This document shows positions 52,266 to 61,622 of a DNA stretch of 64,000 nucleotides, piece by piece. The first letter of the stretch is position 1, and every line of letters begins with the position of its first letter. The position numbers and the translations under genes were made by a program. The notes below the pieces were generated by a model. It was not told where the DNA came from. It saw only the letters and a program-made list of their open reading frames with translations, and ran no database searches. The stretch is taken from positions 2,656,001 through 2,720,000 of the forward strand of contig OZ219791.1 in NCBI GenBank assembly GCA_964291215.2. Direction: 5' to 3'. The DNA is from Alphaproteobacteria bacterium (lineage in GTDB: Bacteria; Pseudomonadota; Alphaproteobacteria; MPNO01; UBA830).

Positions 52266-53026
52266 AAGCCACTGGAACGACTTGAAAAACACGGATTGTG
52301 TGACGCGCGTATGCTCCGAGCATACGCTCGGCCCAAGACAGCCCTGTCGTTCCAAGTGATTGGAAACGCACGGAAAAGCGGTCAGGCGCGCGCCTGGCAT
52401 ACCTTCACCTTCATGTGAGTGGGGTGTGACGGTAAAACTCTGAACGGAGTCGAGATCGGGCGAAGTTGCCCTGCACACCACCATCGCCTGAAACGCCGGC
52501 GTCACAAGGGAATGGAGCCGTCGCGACGATTTAGCGAGACGCCCGGTCCACGATCTTCGAGCGCGTTCTGCGTTGTCGTCCGGTCGCAGAGGTAACAGAA
52601 CGCGGCGCGGCGTGCAAACGGCGGAGGGCAGTCTTCACACATGGCGCACCGGAGCCGGCGGCGTTACCTCGGCGACACGGGCGCCGCCGCACATGTTCCG
52701 CGGAACCGGTGGAGGCCGCGCACCTGTTACCGCGGTGGCAGCCGCGCGGATGCAGTGACGGTTGCACAGGCCGTTGTGATCGAAGGCGGCGACGGCGGCG
52801 CCTGCACGACTGCGGGCAGCAGTGCGAAGCACCGTGCCATGCTGGTCCGGCAGCAGCGCCGGCAGCGGGCGCGTCGGCAGTGCCGGCGGCACTGCCCCGG
52901 GCCAGGCGCAGTGGTCGGCGCACTTGTGCGCGGCGTGTTGCGGCGGCGGCGCGACGGGTATGCGCATATGGAGATGGACCGCACCGCCGCCGGAGCGGAG
53001 ACGACGCGGCCCGTGGGTGCTGCGTG

Positions 53027-53856
53027 TCAGGCGGCGCAGCGCATGACCGGGATGCCGAGGGTGCGGGCCTTGTCGACGAGGTTCTCCGTGATGCCGGAGC
53101 CGGGGAAGGCGATGACGCCCCTGGGCAGGAGGTTGAGCAGTTCGTCATTGCGCCGGAATGGAGCGGCGCGTCCGTGGCGGTCCCAGTCGGGCTTGCAGAC
53201 GATCTGGTGGACGGCATTGCGTTTGGCCCAGCTGGCGGCGATCTTCTCGACGCCGGGGTCGATGACGTCCTTGCCGCCGGCGATGGCGACGAGGGTTCCC
53301 TGGGGCAGGTGTGCCTGTGTCTTGCGGTCCTTGCGGGCGCGGACGAAGTCGCGGGCGTCGATGGCGGCGGAGGTCAGATGTCCGGTCTGGCTGCCGCGCC
53401 GGGGCCGCCATGTGTCGCCGGTGTCTGCTCGGTAGGCTTCGGCGGCCTCGTTGCGCAAGGTCTCGAAGGCGTCGCGGCGGTCGGAGAGGTTCCGGGCGCG
53501 GTGAGTTCCAGTTCCAGCGACCTGATCTCGGAGCCGTCCTGCGTGCGCTGGAGGTCCTGGAGTTCGGGGGTGAGCTTGTCGACGCTGCGGTCGAGGCGCT
53601 GTGCCTGGGCGTGGAGCATGTTGACGAAGCCCCAGAGGAGGTGTTCGCGTTCGTCGGCCATCTGGGTGCCGTCGGGCGCGACGCCCTGGCTGAGGATGCA
53701 GAAGGCTTCGTTGACGGCGCAGACGTCCTCGTCCCAGATCTCGCGGGCGTCGAACTCGTCGCGCTCCGGGGTTGCGCCGAAGAGTGCGGCGTTGTCGCAG
53801 ACGATCGCGGTTGCGGACTGTGCTGCGGTCTTGATGGTGTCGGTATTGAAGGTCAT
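53027..53856 (-). pseudogene. DUF2493 (YspA/SLOG-related) plasmid/ICE protein, frameshifted
   Basis: LWGFVN, QDGSEI.S.ELE, TG.TWRPR.GS, VAIAGG, PDW.RHGRAAPFRRND, AFPGSGI. Confidence 0.8.
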
Positions 53857-54240
53857 GTCGTTTTCCTTTCGGTTTTCACGTTCGGGGCCGATCCCCGCTG
53901 TGATGTCCTGTTGGGTCACGCGCGCGAACCGCAGCCACCGGGGCCGGAATAAATTGCCTGGCGGGATGCGCGAGTGGTGCGGGCGCACAAGCGAGCGTGA
54001 GCGAGCGCGGAGCCACGGTCGCGCATGGCGCCAGGCGCTTGCGCCGTTTCATTCCGAGTCCCGGCCGGAACGGAGCGCCAGCGGAGTGGAGGACCCCGCC
54101 TCCGGCGGGATTGGCGGAGGGAGCCCGTGTGGCACAATGGGACAGCACAGCACTCGGCCAATTCTCTCCACCAGCACGGACCCCATCGGCGGTTCGGCCG
54201 GCACGGCGCCGGAGCGGGAGGCGCCGTTGCCCGCCCTTGC

Positions 54241-54449
54241 GTCAACCCCACAGGGGATGGGAGAGGACCAGGCGCTCGGCGACCTCGCGGGCGCGGTCGT
54301 GGAGATACACCGGCCCGCGCGGGTCCTCGTCGAGATGTATGGCGAACACCCTGCGCCCCGGCCGGATGCTGTCGTCGAAGGCGTGGATGTCGCCGACATG
54401 GTCGCCGTCCCGGTAGATGCGGGATGCGGCGGAAGGCGATGTTGCTCAT
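54241..54449 (-). pseudogene. Small hypothetical mobile-element gene, frameshifted
   Basis: MSNIAFRRI / RIYRDGDHVGDI...IHLDEDPRGP...HPLWG*; codon pattern looks gene-like. Confidence 0.45.
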
Positions 54450-54578
54450 CGGGCTCTACGGGTCGCGTGATGGGCGCGCGAGCGGCCTCCCTCTCCTCCT
54501 CGCGCGGTTCACCCGCTTTCCAGCCTCGCTCCCACTCCCGTATGCGCCACGGCGAGACTCCAACCTGCCTGCATAGGA

Positions 54579-54609
54579 AAAGGGCCGACGCGTGAGGCGC
54601 CGGCCCTTT
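54579..54609 (-). terminator. Probable intrinsic terminator
   Basis: Stem AAAGGGCCG...CGGCCCTTT followed by a T-run on the minus strand. Confidence 0.55.
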
Positions 54610-54696
54610 CGGGAGGGACAAGAGCGGACGGCGTCAGAAGGGAATGCGGTCCCCGTCCATCGGATCGGCGGCGGGCCGTCCGGCGAGGCGGGCGGT

Positions 54697-55016
54697 TAGC
54701 CGCGCTGGCGGCGGTCGATGCCGAAGCCCATGGCGTGGACGCCCCAGTACTGCACCCCGCCGCGGGAGCGCAGGCCGGTGCACACGATGATCTCGTTGCG
54801 CGCCGGGCGCATCTTCTTCACCGCCTTCAGCGTGGCGGTGGCCGGCTTCGCGCCGCGCCGGGCGCCCTTCGGGGCGGTGTTGTCATGGCAGCGGCGTATG
54901 TCGCCGTCCTTCAGGCCGCCGTTGCAGAAGTGGATGAGGAAGGTGTATCCGTGTTGCCGGGCCTCGAGATTGCGGATGTCATGGGGTGCGCCTCCGTCGT
55001 GTCGGGACTTCAGGGC
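54697..55016 (-). pseudogene. Hypothetical protein 3' part, 5' end lost at the ISAs1 end
   Basis: Open GC3-rich frame HDIRNLEARQHGYTFLIHFCNGG...QYWGVHAMGFGIDRRQRG* with no start before the IS boundary. Confidence 0.5.
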
Positions 55017-56324
55017 CAGGGTGATCTTACGCTAAATTCTGTTTGATTTTTCAAGGCAGTACCTGGGTTTTGCGGGGGCGCGGGTTGGTGCGGAAGATTT
55101 TTTACAGTTTTCGCTGGCTTTCCTGCACTGGAGTGTCATGGTGCGGGGATGTCGGTTCACAAGCATGTCGCGTCCTGTCCGATTCACGTCGCAGCTCCGG
55201 AAGGGTCTGTCCGAGGTCGAGGTTCGCGAAGCCTGAGGAGCATCCGCTGCGGGATGCGTTGATGGACGACTATCTCGGGTTTCGCCGTCTGGCGGGGCTG
55301 CGCCATATTGCGTTCTTCAGGGGGCAGTGGTCTGGCCGGGGCCTTCAAAGTGCCGCGACCGGTGGCTGGAAGCCGGAGCAGCAGTGGCTTGATCTGATTG
55401 CGAACAACACGCGACTGCTTGCGGCGCCGGGAACGTTTCCGAACCTCGCCTTGTTCTTTCTTGCGACGCGGTGGCTGGCCGACGACTGGGCCTGCGGCCA
55501 CCAGGTGGTTGTGGCGGAGACGTTCTGCGATCCGGAGCGTTTTGCGGGCACAAGGCGGCGGGCTGGCGTGCCAGGGGGTTTGCCCGCGCCAACGGGCGCT
55601 GCACCAATGTTCGCGGCAAGGTGATCACCCTCGACGCGCTGCACACGACGCCGGCGACGCTGATCACCCGGCGCCGCGGCGCAGACCACGTCTTCCCGGT
55701 CAAGCGCAATGCGTCCGAAACCTTTGACATCCTCGACGGCATCGACCAGGAGACGGATGCCAGCGGCCGCTTCAAGCAGGAGTTCGACAAGGCCCGCGGA
55801 CGCCTCGAGCAGCGCTCGAGGCGTGTCCTGACGCCGCTCGAGGGCCTGATCAACTACCCCGGCAGAAGGAGCGCCAGCGGCGCAGCGAGCGGCAACGACT
55901 GCACCGGTACATCATCACCTCGCTCGATGCGCAACACGCGTCGCCAGAGGAACTGCTGCGGCCGCGGGCCGTGAAAAACATGAACCACCGAGACTGCGTC
56001 TTCGGCGAGGACGCCTGCCTGACCCGCAAACCGCGCCAGCCTCGACAACATCGCGCTCGCGGTGATCTTCGCCAACCGACGCGAGAGCCTCGCCGAAACA
56101 CGGCTGCGGCTCGACCGCCGGGAAGCCGTCGCAGCCCTGAGCGCCAATGGTGTCCGGCCGATTCCCGGACGCCGCCCACAACCCGCCCACATCCCGAAAA
56201 CAACCCGCCGATAACGCCGCCGGCGACGACCGCGGACGGCCCCGAAGCCAGAAAACCCGGCACGCCGTGAAACCTCCGGACAACAGAAGACAACAAAAAT
56301 TGAATGCAGCGTGGGAAACACCTG
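55017..56324 (+). mobile_element. Heavily deleted ISAs1-family element with DUF4338
   Basis: CAGGG...CCTG termini; DDYLGFRR, IANNTR, FPNLA, VAETFCDP, ITLDALHT, VKRN, RDCVFGED; left end matches 288-412; no TSD seen. Confidence 0.8.
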
Positions 56325-56429
56325 GCCGTGCATCGGCCCGGACCCCGTTGCCGTGCGTGACCTTTCGAGTTGCTCTATCATGACACGCATTGTGGAGTTC
56401 CGGCCTTGCCGGTTTGGGAGAACGGGAAA

Positions 56430-57182
56430 ATGGATCTTGGACTGACCGGCAGGACGGTCTGGGTAACCGGCGCCACCGGCGCAATCGGCCGCGAGATATC
56501 GCTTTGCCTAGCGCGGGAAGGCGCGCTCGTGGCGGTATCGGCGCGCACCGAAACGGCCTTGAACGCCCTCGCAGCTGATATCGAACGCACGGGCGGCAAG
56601 GCTTGCGCCATGCCTCTTGACGTCACCGATAGCGCTGCCGTCAGCTCGGCGGCGCAGCGGATCGTCGACCTGACGGGCCGGCTGGACATTCTGGCGAGCA
56701 CGGTTGCGGTGCCGGCCTTCGGCCCGTTTCTCGAGATTGACGGTGACGTGTTCCGCGCGGCTCTTGAGGTCAAGTATCTCGGCTACATCAACGCCCTGCA
56801 GGCAGCGTTGCCCCACATGCTGGCGGTCGGAAGTGGTGCTATCGTTGCCGTGACCGGGACCGGCGGCAAGCAGCCGATTGGCATTCATCTTCCCGGCGGC
56901 AGCGTCAACGCAGCGCTCAATCTCGTACTCAAGGGGCTTGCCAGCGAATTCGGCCCCAAGGGCATCCGCGTAAACGCGGTATCGCCCGGCCCGGTCATGT
57001 CCGAGCGCCAACAGCAGATGATTGATGCCGGCATGAGCAATCCGGCAGAGGACATTCCGCTTGGGCGGCTCGCGGAAGCGGCAGAGGTGGCCGATGCCGT
57101 TGCCTTCCTCGCAAGCGATCGGGCCGCGTACGTCACGGGACAGGTGCTCTCGCTCGACGGGGGTGGAATCCGGGCGCTTTAG
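56430..57182 (+). CDS. Atypical SDR oxidoreductase
   Basis: MDLGL.G, TGATGAIG, VSPGP, IPLGR, TGQ..DGG; GSVNAA where YxxxK is expected. Confidence 0.85.
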   Translation: MDLGLTGRTVWVTGATGAIGREISLCLAREGALVAVSARTETALNALAADIERTGGKACAMPLDVTDSAAVSSAAQRIVDLTGRLDILASTVAVPAFGPFLEIDGDVFRAALEVKYLGYINALQAALPHMLAVGSGAIVAVTGTGGKQPIGIHLPGGSVNAALNLVLKGLASEFGPKGIRVNAVSPGPVMSERQQQMIDAGMSNPAEDIPLGRLAEAAEVADAVAFLASDRAAYVTGQVLSLDGGGIRAL

Positions 57183-57194
57183 CCTCGCTCCGGC

Positions 57195-58271
57195 TCAGGA
57201 CTTCCGTTCCCGTGATGTTGCCCCGAGACCTTTCCGCACGCGTTCCATGTTTGCGGGATCGAAATAGTCCTTGAACCGTCTTTCGAGAGCTTCCCTGTGG
57301 CCCGATTGCCTCAGGGCCGCCGACCAGGACGAATCGCCCGTCGATTCGGTGCGCCATCTGGCGAACCACGTCATCGTGCGCAGCCACGTGAGGCGTCGCA
57401 TCGGGCCGATCCAGGGCCGGATGCGGTCTCCGAGTTCTGCGGGCAGCGCATCGAAATAGGCATCGTGGAACAGCGCCGTCTGTTGCGCCGTCAGCGCCGT
57501 CGCGATGTCGGGATCCCACATCGTCGACGTATAAATGGTGGCATGGGCGAGATCGATGGCCGGCGAACCGTAGAGCATCTTCTCCAGGTCGAGAAAGATG
57601 GCCCGGCCCCTGCGGTCGACGAGGAAATTTCCGGGATGGGTGTCGGTGCCTACGAGCGTGACCGGATGCTTCGGCTCGGCCCGGACATCGGACAACGCGC
57701 GGCTGATTTCCTCGTCGAGCTGGCGCCGGGATTCCGGGTCGAGTCCGGCTTCGTCGAGGAACCGGGCCTGCGCGGTGATCACTTCCAGAGTGGCCCGGAC
57801 AGGATCGCGGTGCACGAGGAGGGGCGGCGTCTGCTCCGGTATCGGCAGGGAATGCACGGCGGCCAGCGATTGCGCAATCAGCGGCAGATCATCCGGAAGT
57901 TCCGGCGTGCTGCCGGTGATCCGGTCCACGATCAGCGCCCCCCAGGGGATACCCGCCTGGGGAACCAGTTCGCCGTGCAGCTTCGGAACGATGTTGCTGG
58001 GACCTGCCCGGGCAAAGCAGGCGGACTGGTAGGCGAGGTTCTCGCCCGGGGCGAATCTGAATGCGCTGAGCCGCGGGAGCCGGAGGAGCATTCCGCTGCC
58101 CTCGACCCGGATATGCGCGTGGTTGAGCCCCTTGGAGGCGAGCGGGACGAGGCAGTCCGGGTGGATGCTCTCCAGGGTGCTGAAGCGGGAGAATTCCCGG
58201 AACAGGATGTCGAGATCGGCGCCGCCGGTGATCCATGCAGTCTCGTCGGCAGGCGCTGAAGCCTCGTTCAT
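57195..58271 (-). CDS. APH/choline-kinase-like phosphotransferase family protein
   Basis: LAAVH, TDTHPGN, FLDLEK, DLAH. Confidence 0.75.
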   Translation of the reverse strand: MNEASAPADETAWITGGADLDILFREFSRFSTLESIHPDCLVPLASKGLNHAHIRVEGSGMLLRLPRLSAFRFAPGENLAYQSACFARAGPSNIVPKLHGELVPQAGIPWGALIVDRITGSTPELPDDLPLIAQSLAAVHSLPIPEQTPPLLVHRDPVRATLEVITAQARFLDEAGLDPESRRQLDEEISRALSDVRAEPKHPVTLVGTDTHPGNFLVDRRGRAIFLDLEKMLYGSPAIDLAHATIYTSTMWDPDIATALTAQQTALFHDAYFDALPAELGDRIRPWIGPMRRLTWLRTMTWFARWRTESTGDSSWSAALRQSGHREALERRFKDYFDPANMERVRKGLGATSRERKS

Positions 58272-58497
58272 GTCCGATCGCCGTCCGAAGGGCGGCAGGG
58301 TGCCGCAGCGTGAGGGCGGTCCCCCGGCCCATTGTGCAGGCTGCGGGCCGCATCCGCAGTGTCGCGAGGACATACCAGACCGTTATCGGGCCGGCAACGG
58401 CGTCCTGCAATCCGCGGCGGGCCGATGCCGATTTGTTGCCGCGGCTGTTTCGTGTTAGCAGTTTGGCAGCAAAGCAAGGAGAACACGGGAGAACGAC

Positions 58498-59580
58498 ATG
58501 GGACGGAAACTCTCCAGAACGAACGTGCTGACGTCGGCGACGCTGGCCCTGTGCCTCGGATCCTCGGCGGTCATCGCGGCGCCGAAGACGATCAGCCTGA
58601 CGGCGGTCGACGGCTATCCGCCAAAGGCGCTGCAGGTGCGGACATTCCTCAGCTACTTCATTCCCGAGGTGGACAAGCGCCTGGCCAAGTCGGGTCAATA
58701 CAAGATCAACTGGAACAAGGCGTTCGCCGGCCAGATCGTCAAGGTCAGGCACGTGATGACTGGCATGCAGAAGGGGCTCGGCGACATCGGCGTCGTTACC
58801 AGCGTCTTCCACCAGGACAAGGTGCCGATGCAGGCCGTCGCCTATGTCACGCCGTTCGTCACCTCGGATCCCGTTCTGCTGTCGCGCACCGTCGACGAGC
58901 TGTCGGGCAAGTTTCCGGCGATGAAGGAGGCCTGGGGCAAGTACAGCCAGGTCCTGCTGACCAGCTTCTCGGTCATCGATACCTACCAGATGTTCTTCCG
59001 CGAAAAGATCACCAAGCTTGAGGAGTTCAAGGGCCTCAAGATCGCCGGTGCGGGGATCAACATGCGCTACCTGACGGGTACCGGTGCAACCCCGGTGATC
59101 GGATCCATGGTCCACTACTACAACAAGTTCAAGACCGGGGCGATCGACGGATCCATGCTGTGGACCGACGCAGCGGTGGCCTTCAAGCTCGTCGAGGGTG
59201 CGAAGTTCATGCTCAAGGCCGATATCGGTACGGCCAACTCAAAGGCGCTGACCATGAACGCCGCGTCCTACAAGCGTCTGCCCAAGGCTGTGCAGGACGT
59301 CATCCACGAGGTCTCTGCCGCCTATCGCGATCACACTGCCGCGCAGGCCCTGGCCGACGCGGACAAGGCCTACCAGAACTTCAAGAATAAGGGCGGCACC
59401 ATCATCCAGATGTCGCAGGCGGCGCGCGCGAACTGGGCGAGCACCATGCCCAATATCGCCAAGGACTGGGCTGCCCAGCTCGATGCGAAGGGGTTGCCGG
59501 GAACCGGGCTCCTGAAGGGCTATATGGACAGCATGCGGGCGGCCAACCAGCCCATCATCCGTCACTGGGACAAGGAGTAA
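58498..59580 (+). CDS. dctP: TRAP transporter substrate-binding protein
   Basis: Signal peptide; FAGQIVK, GLGDIG, KGLKI, TGAIDG, MNAASYKRLP. Confidence 0.9.
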   Translation: MGRKLSRTNVLTSATLALCLGSSAVIAAPKTISLTAVDGYPPKALQVRTFLSYFIPEVDKRLAKSGQYKINWNKAFAGQIVKVRHVMTGMQKGLGDIGVVTSVFHQDKVPMQAVAYVTPFVTSDPVLLSRTVDELSGKFPAMKEAWGKYSQVLLTSFSVIDTYQMFFREKITKLEEFKGLKIAGAGINMRYLTGTGATPVIGSMVHYYNKFKTGAIDGSMLWTDAAVAFKLVEGAKFMLKADIGTANSKALTMNAASYKRLPKAVQDVIHEVSAAYRDHTAAQALADADKAYQNFKNKGGTIIQMSQAARANWASTMPNIAKDWAAQLDAKGLPGTGLLKGYMDSMRAANQPIIRHWDKE

Positions 59581-59584
59581 CGGC

Positions 59585-60133
59585 TTGACCCTCGGCGGGC
59601 GCAGTGCGGCGCGGCACTCGTCCGCGCCGCGCCGTCTTTTCATGTCCCTTGTCGGCGGCATGAATGCCGCCGGATCCTGCTGGATCGTGGTGCTCATGCT
59701 GCTCATCAACGCCGAGGCAATCAGCCGTTCGGCGTTCAACGCGCCGATCATCGGCGTCATCGAGATGATCGAGATCTCGATCATTGGCATCGTCTTCATG
59801 CAGCTCGCCGATTCCCTCCGCCAGGGCGTGCTCACGCGCTCCGACGGGCTGTTCAACCAGGTCATGCGGCGCAAGCCGGTGGCCGGTCGGGTCATGGCTG
59901 TTGCGACCTGCGCCTTCGGCGCGGTCTTCATGATCCTGATCACCTGGGGCAGCATCCCCTTCTTTATCGAATCCTGGGACAACGACTACTATATCGGCGT
60001 CGACGGCATGTTCACCGCCCCGGTGTGGCCGGTCGCGCTGATCATCGTCTTCGCGGTCATCGTCACCATGATCCAGTTCCTGGTCATGCTTATGGACAAT
60101 CTTGTCGCCCTTGCCGGCCGGGATCGGGGCTGA
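59585..60133 (+). CDS. dctQ: TRAP transporter small permease
   Basis: Four TM segments; R.AFNAPI.GVIE, PVWP; start uncertain. Confidence 0.88.
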   Translation: MTLGGRSAARHSSAPRRLFMSLVGGMNAAGSCWIVVLMLLINAEAISRSAFNAPIIGVIEMIEISIIGIVFMQLADSLRQGVLTRSDGLFNQVMRRKPVAGRVMAVATCAFGAVFMILITWGSIPFFIESWDNDYYIGVDGMFTAPVWPVALIIVFAVIVTMIQFLVMLMDNLVALAGRDRG

Positions 60134-60139
60134 CCGGCA

Positions 60140-61456
60140 ATGGCGGGCGTCGAGGTCGGCATCGCGTCAGTCCTGGTCATCCTGGTTCTTATCTACACCG
60201 GTATTCACGTTGCCGTCGCGCTCGGCCTGGTGTCGTTCGTCGGCGTATGGATTTACCGGGATTCGATTGATGTCGCGATCAGCCTCCTGACCGCGGCTAC
60301 CCATGACACCATCGCCCACGCCGTTTTCGCGAACATTCCACTGTTTGCCCTGATGGGCATTGTCTCGAGCGAGATCGGCCTCGGCAGCGACGTCTACAGG
60401 GTCGCCGACCAGATCTTCCGCCGGGTGCGCGGCGGGCTCGGCATGGCGACCGTTGCGGCCAATGCACTGTTCGCCTCGATCACCGGATCGTCGATCGCGT
60501 CGGCGTCGGTGTTTACCCGCATTGCCGTCCCCGAGATGCGGCGTTTCGGCTACACGCGCCAGTTCTCGGTCGGGGTGGTGGCCGGCAGCTCCGTGCTCGG
60601 CATGCTCATCCCGCCGTCGTCGATGCTGATCATCTACGCTATCGTCGCCGAGCAGTCGGTCGGGCACATGTTCATTGCCGGCTTCATCCCCGGCGTGCTG
60701 CTCGCGGCAGCCTTCATCCTCGGCATCTTCCTGATGACGCGCCTCACGCCGAACTTCATCGGCGGCAACGATCCGGCGGTGATCGCGTCAGAGACCCCGG
60801 ATTTCGGCGTATGGGACATCGCTCGCCTTCTGCTTCCGGTGCTGTTTCTCGTTGTTCTCGTTCTCGGCGGAATCTATACGGGATGGTTTTCTCCAGAGGA
60901 AGCGGGCGCTGCCGGCTCGGCCGGTGCACTTGCGATTGGCGTCCTCAAGCGGCGCCTCACATGGCACGGGTTCTGGCGTATCCTCGTCGAGACCGGCCAG
61001 ATCACGGCCGCCATCCTCTTCCTTATCATCTCGGCGTCGATGTACAGTCGGATGCTGGGCGTCGCCGCGCTTCCGACGCTGTTCAGCGACTGGCTGGCGA
61101 GCATGAATTTCGGGATGGCGGAGCTGATGGTCATCTATGTCGTGCTGATGGTCCTTCTCGGCACGATCATCGAGACCGCCTCGATCATCCTCATCGTCGT
61201 GCCGCTGTTTCTCAGCTCGGTCGAAGCGCTCGGCGGAAACATCGTGTGGTTCGGCATCGTCACCGTGATCGGTGCCGAGATCGGCTTGCTCACGCCGCCG
61301 CTCGGCATCTCGTGCTTCACGATCAAGAGCACGATCCGTGACCAGTCGATCACGCTCGCCCACATATTCACCGGCGCGTTCCCATTCGCCTTCGTGATGC
61401 TGCTGGTGCTGATCCTGATCATCGCCTTTCCGCCGCTGAGCCTCGCCCTCCTGTAG
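60140..61456 (+). CDS. dctM: TRAP transporter large permease
   Basis: IPLF.LMG, GSSIA, LGMLIPPS, TPPLG. Confidence 0.93.
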   Translation: MAGVEVGIASVLVILVLIYTGIHVAVALGLVSFVGVWIYRDSIDVAISLLTAATHDTIAHAVFANIPLFALMGIVSSEIGLGSDVYRVADQIFRRVRGGLGMATVAANALFASITGSSIASASVFTRIAVPEMRRFGYTRQFSVGVVAGSSVLGMLIPPSSMLIIYAIVAEQSVGHMFIAGFIPGVLLAAAFILGIFLMTRLTPNFIGGNDPAVIASETPDFGVWDIARLLLPVLFLVVLVLGGIYTGWFSPEEAGAAGSAGALAIGVLKRRLTWHGFWRILVETGQITAAILFLIISASMYSRMLGVAALPTLFSDWLASMNFGMAELMVIYVVLMVLLGTIIETASIILIVVPLFLSSVEALGGNIVWFGIVTVIGAEIGLLTPPLGISCFTIKSTIRDQSITLAHIFTGAFPFAFVMLLVLILIIAFPPLSLALL

Positions 61457-61622
61457 GGCAGCGGGTCTTTCAACTTGACACTATTAAAATCCGTTGAATT
61501 CTGCATATCGTGTTCCCGCATTTTTCTGTGATGCTCGACGAAGTAGAGGAGGAGTTGGTGTCCTTGCCAGAGTTTCTCGGTTTCTGGCAGGGGTTGGCGC
61601 TTTCTGGGGATGAAGCCTGCCA

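Noticed and set aside
52709-54595. 628-aa plus-strand ORF
   Set aside because: Antisense to the DUF2493 pseudogene and non-coding DNA; low-complexity translation
57195-58271. Aminoglycoside resistance gene
   Set aside because: Only fold-level similarity, with a non-canonical catalytic loop and a metabolic context
61457-61622. Possible additional IS end after dctM
   Set aside because: AT-rich and terminus-like, but no partner TIR, TSD or transposase motif could be identified
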